Assembly (NCBI GenBank): GCA_037441705.1
Contig: JBBIRR010000051.1
Location: forward strand, 1 to 25,777
Length of the DNA: 25,777 nucleotides
Reading direction: 5' to 3'
Source of the DNA: Ignavibacteriales bacterium
GTDB taxonomy: Bacteria; Bacteroidota; Ignavibacteria; UBA10030; UBA6906
Part shown: positions 9,329-17,274 of the stretch, one piece after another
Position numbering within the stretch: position 1 is the first letter of the stretch
Layout of the letters: each line of letters begins with the position of its first letter
The notes under the pieces: generated by a model
Told to the model about the DNA's origin: nothing
The model's database searches: none
Seen by the model: only the letters and a program-made list of their open reading frames with translations
Program-made: the position numbers and the translations under genes

Positions 9329-9357
9329 AAGCTAACGAATTGCATCATGAATTGCAA
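9329..9357 (-). promoter_or_regulatory. sigma70-type promoter of the MerR gene containing a direct repeat
   Basis: TTGCAA, 17 bp, TAGCTT on the minus strand; GAATTGCA repeated at 9337-9344 and 9349-9356. Confidence 0.5.
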
Positions 9358-9362
9358 CGTTC

Positions 9363-9929
9363 CTACTTGCCGCCCTTGCGCCGGTTGATGCGCACATCCA
9401 CCTCACGCAGGCGTTCAAGCTCCACTGTCGTTTTCTTGAGTTCCGCTTCCAGTTCCTGCACGCGTTTGGCTCGCGCCGCAAGGTCGCCGGATTGTTTGCG
9501 GGTGATCGCCTGAAGGCTGTCGACTGCTGCCGCGCGGCGGTTCAGTTCCCTGCGCAGGTCGTTGATCCGTTTCAGCATCGTCACGTAGATCTCCGCCTTC
9601 ACGCGTTCGTCGCGAGAGATCGGCAGGGTCAGGTAGGTCTGGAACCATTGAAGCGACAGGCTGTCGTCCACCGCGGGGTTTGCGGGATTGCTGTACAGCA
9701 GCGCCGTATTCCGCACTGCCGCGGGGTAGTAACTGGTGGTGGGATACAACTCCGCCACAAGCTTGTACTCCAAAGCCGCTTCTTTCAGCATCTGGACAGA
9801 CTCGAGGCTATCGGCAAGTCTCATGTGATACTCTGCGCGCGCCTCAGCAACATTCTCGATGGTTGAACCCGGCCGGCAGGATGCCAGAAGGAGCATCAAG
9901 CCGGTTGCGGCAATGTGCCACGTGCGCAT
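9363..9929 (-). CDS. Lipoprotein with TPR-like helices and C-terminal coiled coil (QseG/YfhG-like)
   Basis: Lipobox LLLAS-C; 'EAALEYKLVAELYP' helical repeat; C-terminal coiled coil ending 'ELERLREVDVRINRRK'; overlaps the kinase stop by 1 nt. Confidence 0.75.
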   Translation of the reverse strand: MRTWHIAATGLMLLLASCRPGSTIENVAEARAEYHMRLADSLESVQMLKEAALEYKLVAELYPTTSYYPAAVRNTALLYSNPANPAVDDSLSLQWFQTYLTLPISRDERVKAEIYVTMLKRINDLRRELNRRAAAVDSLQAITRKQSGDLAARAKRVQELEAELKKTTVELERLREVDVRINRRKGGK

Positions 9930-11419
9930 CAGGTTGTCCCCTCCGTTACGACATGTGGTGTGTGCTGTGCATGTTGGCTTTCGGGTGGCGCAGCGGGCAG
10001 CTCTACGGTGAATGTTGTCCCCTTTCCCAATTCGCTCTGCACATACACGCGCCCCTTGTGCGCGTCCACCAAATGTTTGACGAGCGCCAGCCCGATGCCC
10101 GTCCCCTTCTTCGCGTTCTTTGCCTGATAAAATTTCGTGAAAATTCTCGGCAGGTCTTCTTTCGGTATCCCGGCTCCCGTGTCGGTGACGCTGATGGTGA
10201 CCCCGCCGGGCATTTTCGCGGCACGGACAGTAATCGTTCCGTCGGCCTCGGTGTACTTGACGGCGTTGCTCAGGAGGTTGCTGAAGACCTGAGAAATCCT
10301 CTCGGCATCCGCCATCAGCTCCGGGAGATCGTCATCAATCGAACATTCGAGCCGGATCTCCTTCTGTGCAGCGTAGATCTGTGCATCCTCGACAACCGGC
10401 GTCAGAATCTCTCGCAGGTTGACACGCGCGAAATGATACTCTAACGATCCGTGCTCGATTTTTTGTATGTCGAGAAACTGATTGCTGAAAATCGTGAGCT
10501 TCTTGATTCCTTCTTTCATGGAATTGAGCAGCCGCATCTGTTCGGCATTCAACGGGCCGCGCTTCTGCTCGGAAAGCAGGTACTGTGCCGACAGCATCGT
10601 CTGCAGCGGTGTTCTCAGCTCATGCGAGATGTGATGCAGCATCTCGGTCTTGAGGTCGTTGATGTGTTTGAGCTTCTGGCTCATGTCGTTGACCGCCGCG
10701 GCGAGCCAGGCCATCTCGTCGTTGGAACGGACGGCGATCGGATCGAACACGCCGCGGGCAATGCGTTCCATCCCTTTGACCAGCGTGCGCATGGGCGACA
10801 CGATTGTTCTCGAGATCAGGAGGGCAACGGCCAGGGCGACGAGGAACGTTCCACCCGTCACCAGCCACGCAACGTTCGATGAACGGATCATCGCTTCGCT
10901 GATGGCGGCGATGGACTCGCTCACATCCAATTCGTTCGAGCGGATGATGCGATCAATCGTTGCGTGCAGCATATCGAGTGTATCCTTGCGTGCGCCAGCT
11001 ATGCGGAGGGGTTCCTCCGGTTTCGGCGCGCGCGGCGAACGCACCTCCCGCTCCATGCTTGCCGACAGCCACCGGTGACCGTTCCGCAGTCGATAGATCA
11101 ACCCCACCTCGTGCGGATTGGGCGACATGCTGTAGAGCGAGTCCGTGTAGAGGTCGAACAGCTCTGCCTGATCCTTGAAAATCATAAAGTACATCGTATC
11201 GCGCGAGATCAGATACTTCTCGGCGGCGCGTTCTTCATCGAACAGAATCGTCTCAAGCTGTTTCGCAAGATTGATCGAACGGGCGTCCGAGCGGAAGGTG
11301 GCACTCGTCGTCTTGCTGACCGCGTTCAACTGGATCAAAACGTAGACGTTGGCCACCACCATCAGCACAATGATGCCGGCGAAACTGACCAACAGTTTTC
11401 TGTAGATCGGAAACGTCAC
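9929..11419 (-). CDS. Membrane sensor histidine kinase (four-helix-type periplasmic domain, HAMP, HisKA, HATPase)
   Basis: Two TMs, HAMP 'DEMAWLAAAVNDM', H-box 'SHELRTPL', N-box 'NLLSNAVKY', G boxes 'DTGAGI' and 'GTGIGL'. GTG start at 11419 overlaps the acpS stop (GTGA). Confidence 0.92.
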   Translation of the reverse strand: MTFPIYRKLLVSFAGIIVLMVVANVYVLIQLNAVSKTTSATFRSDARSINLAKQLETILFDEERAAEKYLISRDTMYFMIFKDQAELFDLYTDSLYSMSPNPHEVGLIYRLRNGHRWLSASMEREVRSPRAPKPEEPLRIAGARKDTLDMLHATIDRIIRSNELDVSESIAAISEAMIRSSNVAWLVTGGTFLVALAVALLISRTIVSPMRTLVKGMERIARGVFDPIAVRSNDEMAWLAAAVNDMSQKLKHINDLKTEMLHHISHELRTPLQTMLSAQYLLSEQKRGPLNAEQMRLLNSMKEGIKKLTIFSNQFLDIQKIEHGSLEYHFARVNLREILTPVVEDAQIYAAQKEIRLECSIDDDLPELMADAERISQVFSNLLSNAVKYTEADGTITVRAAKMPGGVTISVTDTGAGIPKEDLPRIFTKFYQAKNAKKGTGIGLALVKHLVDAHKGRVYVQSELGKGTTFTVELPAAPPESQHAQHTPHVVTEGTT

Positions 11420-11811
11420 CTTGTGGTATCCTCGATAACGACCATGGCAACGACGTGGGAATCGGAATGCGAGAGCGACACGAGCACCGAGCAATCAGCG
11501 AGCTTCTCGCGAAGCCTGCCGTGCAGTTCCACGCGCGGCTGCCCCGAAGGCTCGTTGAAAATCTCGACGTCCTTCCATCGGAACTCGCCCGCCCACCCCG
11601 TGGAGAGGGCCTTGCTCAGAGCCTCTTTGGCGGCGTAGCGCGCTGCAAAATGCTGCGCTGCGGTAGATTTGGCCGAACAATAGGCTATTTCCCCCGGGGT
11701 GAAAATCTTGTGAAGGAACCGTTCCCCTAACTCCTCGATGCTGCGGTGAATTCGATCAATCTCGATGATATCAACGCCGATGCCTCGAACCATGCCCTTC
11801 CCCATCGTCAT
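11416..11811 (-). CDS. acpS: Holo-[acyl-carrier-protein] synthase
   Basis: 'GIGVDIIEIDRI', 'FAARYAAKEALSKAL', 'SLSHS'. Confidence 0.96.
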   Translation of the reverse strand: MTMGKGMVRGIGVDIIEIDRIHRSIEELGERFLHKIFTPGEIAYCSAKSTAAQHFAARYAAKEALSKALSTGWAGEFRWKDVEIFNEPSGQPRVELHGRLREKLADCSVLVSLSHSDSHVVAMVVIEDTTR

Positions 11812-12494
11812 CCGGATGCATTCTCACGTTCGATGACGTGCAACAGCTCCGAAACATCATTGATATCATACTTGGCATTGCTTTCGATCGTGCCGAAGGT
11901 GTCACCGTAGCGGGCGAACACCGTAATCATGCCGACCTGTGCCGCCCCGACCACATCCCGCTCGGCCCAATCTCCCACCATAATTGCTTCATGCGGCTGT
12001 ACCTGCAAAAGCTCCAGCGCTTTGAGGAAGGGGATGGGGCTGGGTTTGCGTTCGCCCGTGTCGTCGAACGTTATCACATGGTCGAAGATGTGATGGAAAT
12101 TGAGATAACACAGGCGCAGCCAGGCTTCCCTTCCCGGTGCGTCGGAGATGACTGCGAGCTTGATGCCTCGCTTCAGCAGCGACACCAGCGTCATGTTCAC
12201 GTGCGGGTAGGGAACGAGCGCTGCCTCGCGCGCCCGGCGATACGCGATGATGCCTGCCGAGAGAATCTTGTAATCGACTTTCTGAAACACGTCGTACAAC
12301 AATTGGTCGAACACGTTTTGAAACTCGATCCCGCGCTCCTGATAGATAGCGTCAATACGCTCCTGCGCTTCCTCGCGGGTCAGGCCCAAACCGGCGTCAA
12401 TCATGGAGTCGATCGCCGCCGCGATCGCCTGGCGCTTCATCGCCATGAAGTCCACGAGCGTGTTGTCGAGATCGAAGATGACGGCTTTGATCAT
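11808..12494 (-). CDS. HAD-superfamily hydrolase (subfamily IA)
   Basis: Motif I 'FDLDNTL', 'ISD', 'KP' and 'VGD...DVVGA'. Confidence 0.92.
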   Translation of the reverse strand: MIKAVIFDLDNTLVDFMAMKRQAIAAAIDSMIDAGLGLTREEAQERIDAIYQERGIEFQNVFDQLLYDVFQKVDYKILSAGIIAYRRAREAALVPYPHVNMTLVSLLKRGIKLAVISDAPGREAWLRLCYLNFHHIFDHVITFDDTGERKPSPIPFLKALELLQVQPHEAIMVGDWAERDVVGAAQVGMITVFARYGDTFGTIESNAKYDINDVSELLHVIERENASG

Positions 12495-12499
12495 GGCGG

Positions 12500-12778
12500 C
12501 TAACTGCTTTGTGCCGAGCGGAATGCCTTCGCCACTTCATCTTCGATAAACTCGCGCACGGCGGGCTTGATAAAAATCGCATCCAGCCCGAGCTCCGCCA
12601 GCGCCACGGCCAGCACCGATGCCTTTCTGTTCGGAACCAGCTTTCGGTTGATGAGTATAATTTTCTGATCCTTCAGGATGCAAAACCCTCCCTCAAAATC
12701 TCCTTTCTCATACCTGATCGTTACACCGAGCTGACGGGCAATCTCTTCGAGTTCTGCTATGCGATCTTCGGGCTTCAT
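12500..12778 (-). CDS. Hypothetical protein (92 aa), ImmA/IrrE-like fold without HExxH
   Basis: ATGA-coupled to the upstream gene; 'LEEIARQLGVTIRY...GGFC...IILINRKL...SVLAVALAE'. Confidence 0.7.
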   Translation of the reverse strand: MKPEDRIAELEEIARQLGVTIRYEKGDFEGGFCILKDQKIILINRKLVPNRKASVLAVALAELGLDAIFIKPAVREFIEDEVAKAFRSAQSS

Positions 12779-13329
12779 CCTGCGGGTATTTTTTTCATGG
12801 GTTGAAACACTGCCAGACCGATGATGGTGAAATAGCACAACGATGCGATCGTGGGCGCGCCGGCCAGCGCCCCAACGCGTGCAAGGAACAATTCCTGAAA
12901 ACGCTCCAATCCCTCGGTCGTAAAAAACTCCAGGTAGATCATCTCACCATCAAGATACAGTGTCCACGCTTCCACGGGGACGAACAGATAGAACAGGATG
13001 GCACTCATCATCAGCCAGCCGTGCTGTTTGAGGCGGAACGGTGAGATGGCAAGAAACACAATGCTGCTGACGAGCGTGACGATGTACGCTCCGAGAATGA
13101 CGACGGAGCAGATGCTGAGCAGACGAAACACCTCCCGCTGCGCTTCGGGGGAAAGATCGTCATTGATACTCAGCATGAGAGTTTCCGCGTCCGTTCGGAG
13201 GAGATCGTTGCCGATCAGCGCTCGCGTGACGGTAGCCCCCAGCCAGATGATTGCCGAGACAACCAAGAAGAACAACGCCACACGCCACGCGTTCGGATGC
13301 TGATCGAGGGGAGAGTGCCTCATGGTCAT
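12775..13329 (-). CDS. Hypothetical membrane protein with about 4 TM helices
   Basis: Four hydrophobic segments; ends 'LAVFQPM'; translationally coupled to the next gene. Start is 13329 or 13323. Confidence 0.75.
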   Translation of the reverse strand: MTMRHSPLDQHPNAWRVALFFLVVSAIIWLGATVTRALIGNDLLRTDAETLMLSINDDLSPEAQREVFRLLSICSVVILGAYIVTLVSSIVFLAISPFRLKQHGWLMMSAILFYLFVPVEAWTLYLDGEMIYLEFFTTEGLERFQELFLARVGALAGAPTIASLCYFTIIGLAVFQPMKKIPAG

Positions 13330-13334
13330 GGCAA

Positions 13335-13363
13335 AAGGTAAGAGATTTCCCGGGTGTTTTCAA
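13335..13363 (-). promoter_or_regulatory. sigma70-type promoter, probably giving a leaderless mRNA
   Basis: TTGAAA, 17 bp, TACCTT; only 5 nt separate the -10 from ATG 13329. Confidence 0.6.
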
Positions 13364-13432
13364 CCGAGAGGGACAAACCCGGTTGCCTCACGCATGCGTT
13401 GGATTCAGTTCAGAGATTTGGCAACAAAGGAA

Positions 13433-13858
13433 TCACCCGCGCTCTTTTCGTTCATCAATCAGCTTATTCTTGTACCAGGAAAGGTCGGCAAAGAGGTTCA
13501 GGAGATTGGCGAGCGCCTCGGGCGTGACCGCCAGAAACTGCTCGGCAAACGTGCGGCGTACTTCATCCGGGGCGGCGCCGACGAGATTGGTCAACAGGGT
13601 CTTGCACTGCTGCAGGTTTGCGGAAAACTCTTGCGCAAGCTTTTCGTATCCCTCAGCGCCCGGGCCAATTCGCGCCATGATGCCGTATGTCTTGTGGCAG
13701 AACTTGGCGTAAAAGCTCAAGTCCTCCAGGAGCCGTTCCAATCCGTGTTGGGATGCGGTCTCGATCAAGATTCCCATCTCCGTGCAACAGAGGAGGGGCT
13801 TGCGGGCAAGCTGCTCGATAGACCGCAGCAACTCTGAGGTTGTTGGACTGATTTCCAT
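13433..13858 (-). CDS. Hypothetical all-helical protein (141 aa)
   Basis: Only sensible ORF in the gap; start MEISPTT lies just downstream of a promoter; 'LEDLSFYAKF', 'DLSWYKN'. Confidence 0.7.
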   Translation of the reverse strand: MEISPTTSELLRSIEQLARKPLLCCTEMGILIETASQHGLERLLEDLSFYAKFCHKTYGIMARIGPGAEGYEKLAQEFSANLQQCKTLLTNLVGAAPDEVRRTFAEQFLAVTPEALANLLNLFADLSWYKNKLIDERKERG

Positions 13859-13882
13859 ATCTGCGAGGCCGGAACTGGATGC

Positions 13883-13991
13883 AATATAGAGCATCGTGTT
13901 CGCGGAAACAAGGCCATGCAACTTTTTGCTCCCCTCAGCAACTTTATGCTAATGAATGCGGATTGATTCTCTGGAAGTGAATGGGTAAGTT
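13883..13991. promoter_or_regulatory. Divergent promoter pair flanking two repeated dyad boxes
   Basis: Minus strand: TTGTTT (13911-13906), 17 bp, TATATT (13888-13883). Plus strand: TTGATT (13963-13968), 17 bp, TAAGTT (13986-13991). Between them GCAACTTTTTGCT (13918-13930) and GCAACTTTATGCT (13938-13950). Confidence 0.55.
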
Positions 13992-14045
13992 TTTGTGTGA
14001 GACACCAACCGCACACGCAGGTGTAACCCAACGCCGACGACGAAG

Positions 14046-15632
14046 ATGTTCACCTTTCACACATGGTCAATCTCCCGCAAGATTCTGTTTGGGATTTTGC
14101 CGCTGTTCCTTCTGTTCATAGCATTGAGTGTGGCTATCAACAACCGCTTTCAGGAACAGGAGATGATGGAACAGGCGCAGATTGCTGCACACACCTACGG
14201 CGAGATCATCCGAGAAGCGCTCGTGAGCATGATGGTGAACAATCTGGAGGTGGATGAGAGTTTTCTCAATCGCGCCGGTTTGTTGCAGCCCTTTGACTCG
14301 CTTCATATTCTGGTCAACGATCTCAAGCTGCGCCCGGAAGTCCTGACGCCGAAGAACGTCAAACGGGTCGACACGCGGCACAAGGTTCTCGCCCCGCACG
14401 ACGACGTCGAGCGCGACGTGCTGCGCACGGGGCACCCGCGATTCATCCGCGACGGCGATAAGTTCCGCGGCGTGGTTCCGTTCAACGCTACCGAGGTATG
14501 CCAGAAGTGCCACGCCGTGCCGGTGGGGTACACGCTCGGCGCGACGGACCTGCACATCTCGCTCTCGCAAATCTCCGCTGCGGCGCAGGGAAACTGGAAA
14601 CGGTCGTTCATTCTCTTGGTGGGGTTTTCCATCGTTGCCGTCATTGTTGCCGGCATGATGTTCAACCGGTTCGTCTCGCGACCGGTGGAGAAGCTGGTCA
14701 AGGCAACAACGGCGATCAGCGGCGGCAACCTGGATTATGATGTGGTGGAAGGAGATGAAGGCACGGTCGGCCATTCCAACGACGAGCTTGCCTTTCTCTC
14801 GCTAAAATTCGACGCGATGCGCCGTTCGCTCAAAGAGAAGATCGAACAGCTGGACGAGGCGAACAGAAGTCTGGCCGAACGAAACGCCGAAATCGAGCAA
14901 GCACTCGCGCGCCTCAAGCAGGCACAGGAGGAGCTTGTGCGAAGCGAGCGCCTCGCTGCGACGGGGAAGATGACGGCGCAGCTTTCGCATGAGATCAACA
15001 ATCCCATTCACAACATCCAGAGTCTGCTCGAGTCCTCGCTGCGGAAGGTGGATGGGTCGACGCGGGAGCTTCTCGCTCTGGCGCTCGAGGAGGTGACGCG
15101 GATGGCGAAGTTGACGCGCCAGATGCTGGAATTCTATCGCGGCTCCGTCGTCGAGATTGAACGTGTGCCGGTTGATGTGAAGGAAATACTGAACAATCTT
15201 GTGCGAGAGAATGGGGCCGTGCTCGAGCAGCACGGCATCCAAACCGTTCTCGACGTTGCTGACGGCAAATCCTGTGTGCTCGGTTCGCGCGACAAGCTGA
15301 AGCAGGTGTTCCTCAACCTCATCCTCAACGCGCGGGATGCAATGCCGCACGGGGGAACACTCACCCTGCGGGTCCGGCATGCCAACGGCCGCGTGCAGAT
15401 TGATGTTGCCGACACGGGAGTCGGCATACCGCCGGAGAATCTCGGAAGAATCTTCGATGCCTTCTTTACCACGAAAAAAGAAGTCAGCGGTGTAGGGTTG
15501 GGCCTGTCGGTAACGTACGGGATTATTCAGCAGCACAACGGCACCATCACGGTCTCCAGCACGCCCGGCAAGGGGGCCACATTTCATATCGCACTACCAG
15601 CAGCAGAGGAAACGCATGTCGAAAGGACCTGA
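14046..15632 (+). CDS. Sensor histidine kinase with periplasmic CxxCH (putative heme c, DUF3365-like) domain, HAMP, HisKA, HATPase
   Basis: Two TMs; 'VCQKCH' just before TM2; H-box 'SHEINNPI'; 'QVFLNLILNARDAM'; 'DTGVGI'; 'GVGLGL'. Confidence 0.92.
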   Translation: MFTFHTWSISRKILFGILPLFLLFIALSVAINNRFQEQEMMEQAQIAAHTYGEIIREALVSMMVNNLEVDESFLNRAGLLQPFDSLHILVNDLKLRPEVLTPKNVKRVDTRHKVLAPHDDVERDVLRTGHPRFIRDGDKFRGVVPFNATEVCQKCHAVPVGYTLGATDLHISLSQISAAAQGNWKRSFILLVGFSIVAVIVAGMMFNRFVSRPVEKLVKATTAISGGNLDYDVVEGDEGTVGHSNDELAFLSLKFDAMRRSLKEKIEQLDEANRSLAERNAEIEQALARLKQAQEELVRSERLAATGKMTAQLSHEINNPIHNIQSLLESSLRKVDGSTRELLALALEEVTRMAKLTRQMLEFYRGSVVEIERVPVDVKEILNNLVRENGAVLEQHGIQTVLDVADGKSCVLGSRDKLKQVFLNLILNARDAMPHGGTLTLRVRHANGRVQIDVADTGVGIPPENLGRIFDAFFTTKKEVSGVGLGLSVTYGIIQQHNGTITVSSTPGKGATFHIALPAAEETHVERT

Positions 15633-17037
15633 ACGGAACAACGAAAGCATCCTCGTCGTTGACGACGACAAAGCATTTCGTGTTGCAACACGGACGGTGC
15701 TTGAAGACGAAGGCTACAGCGTGCTGCTGGCCGCCACGCCGGAGGAAGCGCTGGCGACTCTGGCGTCCTCGGAGGTCGATCTGCTTCTGTCGGATCTCGT
15801 GATGGCGAAGATGACCGGCATGGAGCTTCTTGAAACCGTCAAGACACAGTATCCCGACCTTACGGTCATCATGGTCACAGGCTTCGGTTCGATCAACACG
15901 GCGGTGGAGGCCATGCGATTGGGGGCGGAAGACTATCTGACCAAGCCGTGCAACAATGCCGAGCTTCTCTTCAAGATTCGCCGCGCGCTGGACGTTCGCC
16001 GCAAGGATCGTGAGTTGAAGCATCTGCGCGAGGAACTCCGATCCACCTACAGCTTCGGGAACTTGCTGACGCGCAGCGACAAGATGAAGCACGTCATTCA
16101 ATCCATCCGGCAGGTTGCGGACACCGACGTGACGATTCTGATTCAGGGCGAGAGCGGGACGGGTAAGGAGCTGGTTGCTCGGGCACTGCACTACAACAGC
16201 AACCGCAAAGCCAAGCCATTCATTGCCGTGAACTGCTCGGCCATTCCCGAGAATCTCCTGGAAAGCGAGCTGTTCGGCCACGAAAAAGGCGCATTCACGG
16301 GCGCCCTCAGGCAGAAGATCGGAAAGTTCGAGGAAGCAAACGGCGGCACGCTCTTCCTCGATGAGATCGGCGATCTTGCCCCTTCCATCCAAACAAAACT
16401 CCTCCGCGTGCTTCAGGAGAAGACCTTCGAGCGCGTAGGAGGCAATGCGCCGATCACGGTTGACATCCGCATCATTGCGGCGACCAACCGCGACCTGGAA
16501 GCGATGAGCAAGCAGGGAGATTTCCGTGAGGACTTGTTCTTCCGCCTGAACGTGTTTCCCATTTACCTTCCGCCCCTGCGCGAACGCCTGGAGGATATCC
16601 CGCTGCTGGCGGAACATTTTCTGCAGCGCCACGCCGATCTTGTGAACAACCGCGTGAAGTATATTTCTCCCAAAGTCATCACCGACATGATGAATTACCG
16701 CTGGCGCGGCAACGTGCGTGAGTTAGAGAATTTGATCAAACGCGCAATGATCAAGACTCCCGGCGATACGATTATGAGCATCGAGCTGCCGACGAACGAA
16801 GCGGTTCAACAGGCGCCGCCTAAAGACGCCGCGCCCGATGTGGATTTGAACACGCCGTTCAAAGACTACATCAACGCCATCGTGCGCGACGCCGAGGAAA
16901 AATATCTCCTGAGAATGCTGCGCTTGTACCGAGGCAACATCAACCAGATTGCCCGGCTCATGGACATTGATCGCAAGACGGTGTACCGGAAGATGGCGGA
17001 GTATTCCATCGATCCGGGGACGTTCCGCGAGGCGTGA
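15616..17037 (+). CDS. sigma54-dependent response regulator (NtrC/AtoC/ZraR family)
   Basis: REC domain (VVDDD, phospho-Asp in LLSD), AAA+ 'GESGTGKE', intact GAFTGA, 'FLDEIG', C-terminal Fis-type HTH. Confidence 0.96.
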   Translation: MSKGPERNNESILVVDDDKAFRVATRTVLEDEGYSVLLAATPEEALATLASSEVDLLLSDLVMAKMTGMELLETVKTQYPDLTVIMVTGFGSINTAVEAMRLGAEDYLTKPCNNAELLFKIRRALDVRRKDRELKHLREELRSTYSFGNLLTRSDKMKHVIQSIRQVADTDVTILIQGESGTGKELVARALHYNSNRKAKPFIAVNCSAIPENLLESELFGHEKGAFTGALRQKIGKFEEANGGTLFLDEIGDLAPSIQTKLLRVLQEKTFERVGGNAPITVDIRIIAATNRDLEAMSKQGDFREDLFFRLNVFPIYLPPLRERLEDIPLLAEHFLQRHADLVNNRVKYISPKVITDMMNYRWRGNVRELENLIKRAMIKTPGDTIMSIELPTNEAVQQAPPKDAAPDVDLNTPFKDYINAIVRDAEEKYLLRMLRLYRGNINQIARLMDIDRKTVYRKMAEYSIDPGTFREA

Positions 17038-17043
17038 TGGCGC

Positions 17044-17274
17044 CTACAATGCGCGGAGCTCTCCACTCACCCGGATTTCAACCTCGATCCCTTCAACCTC
17101 CTGGGGAATGGAGGCTCGGATCGTCTCCGGGTTTTCCTTCACGGACACGATCACGCCCACGTTGCCCGATGCGGTTGTGCCGATGCCGACGGCAACGACT
17201 CCCGCAAGCGCCAGCCATTGCTGTTCGTACCTGTGCTTGATCTGTTTGACGCGATCTAAATCCACATCACTCAT
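17044..17274 (-). CDS. 76-aa protein homologous to the N-terminal domain of the adjacent protease
   Basis: ATGA-coupled to the protease; 'GVVAVGIG...IPQEVEGIEVEI..SG' aligns with protease 'NVVAVGVG...IPESVQGIPTDV..TG'. Confidence 0.85.
   Translation of the reverse strand: MSDVDLDRVKQIKHRYEQQWLALAGVVAVGIGTTASGNVGVIVSVKENPETIRASIPQEVEGIEVEIRVSGELRAL

Noticed and set aside
11420-11494. Upstream kinase start at 11494
   Set aside because: It overlaps acpS by 79 nt; the GTGA-coupled start at 11419 is more plausible.
15547-16632. 361-aa minus-strand ORF
   Set aside because: Antisense shadow of the NtrC-type gene.
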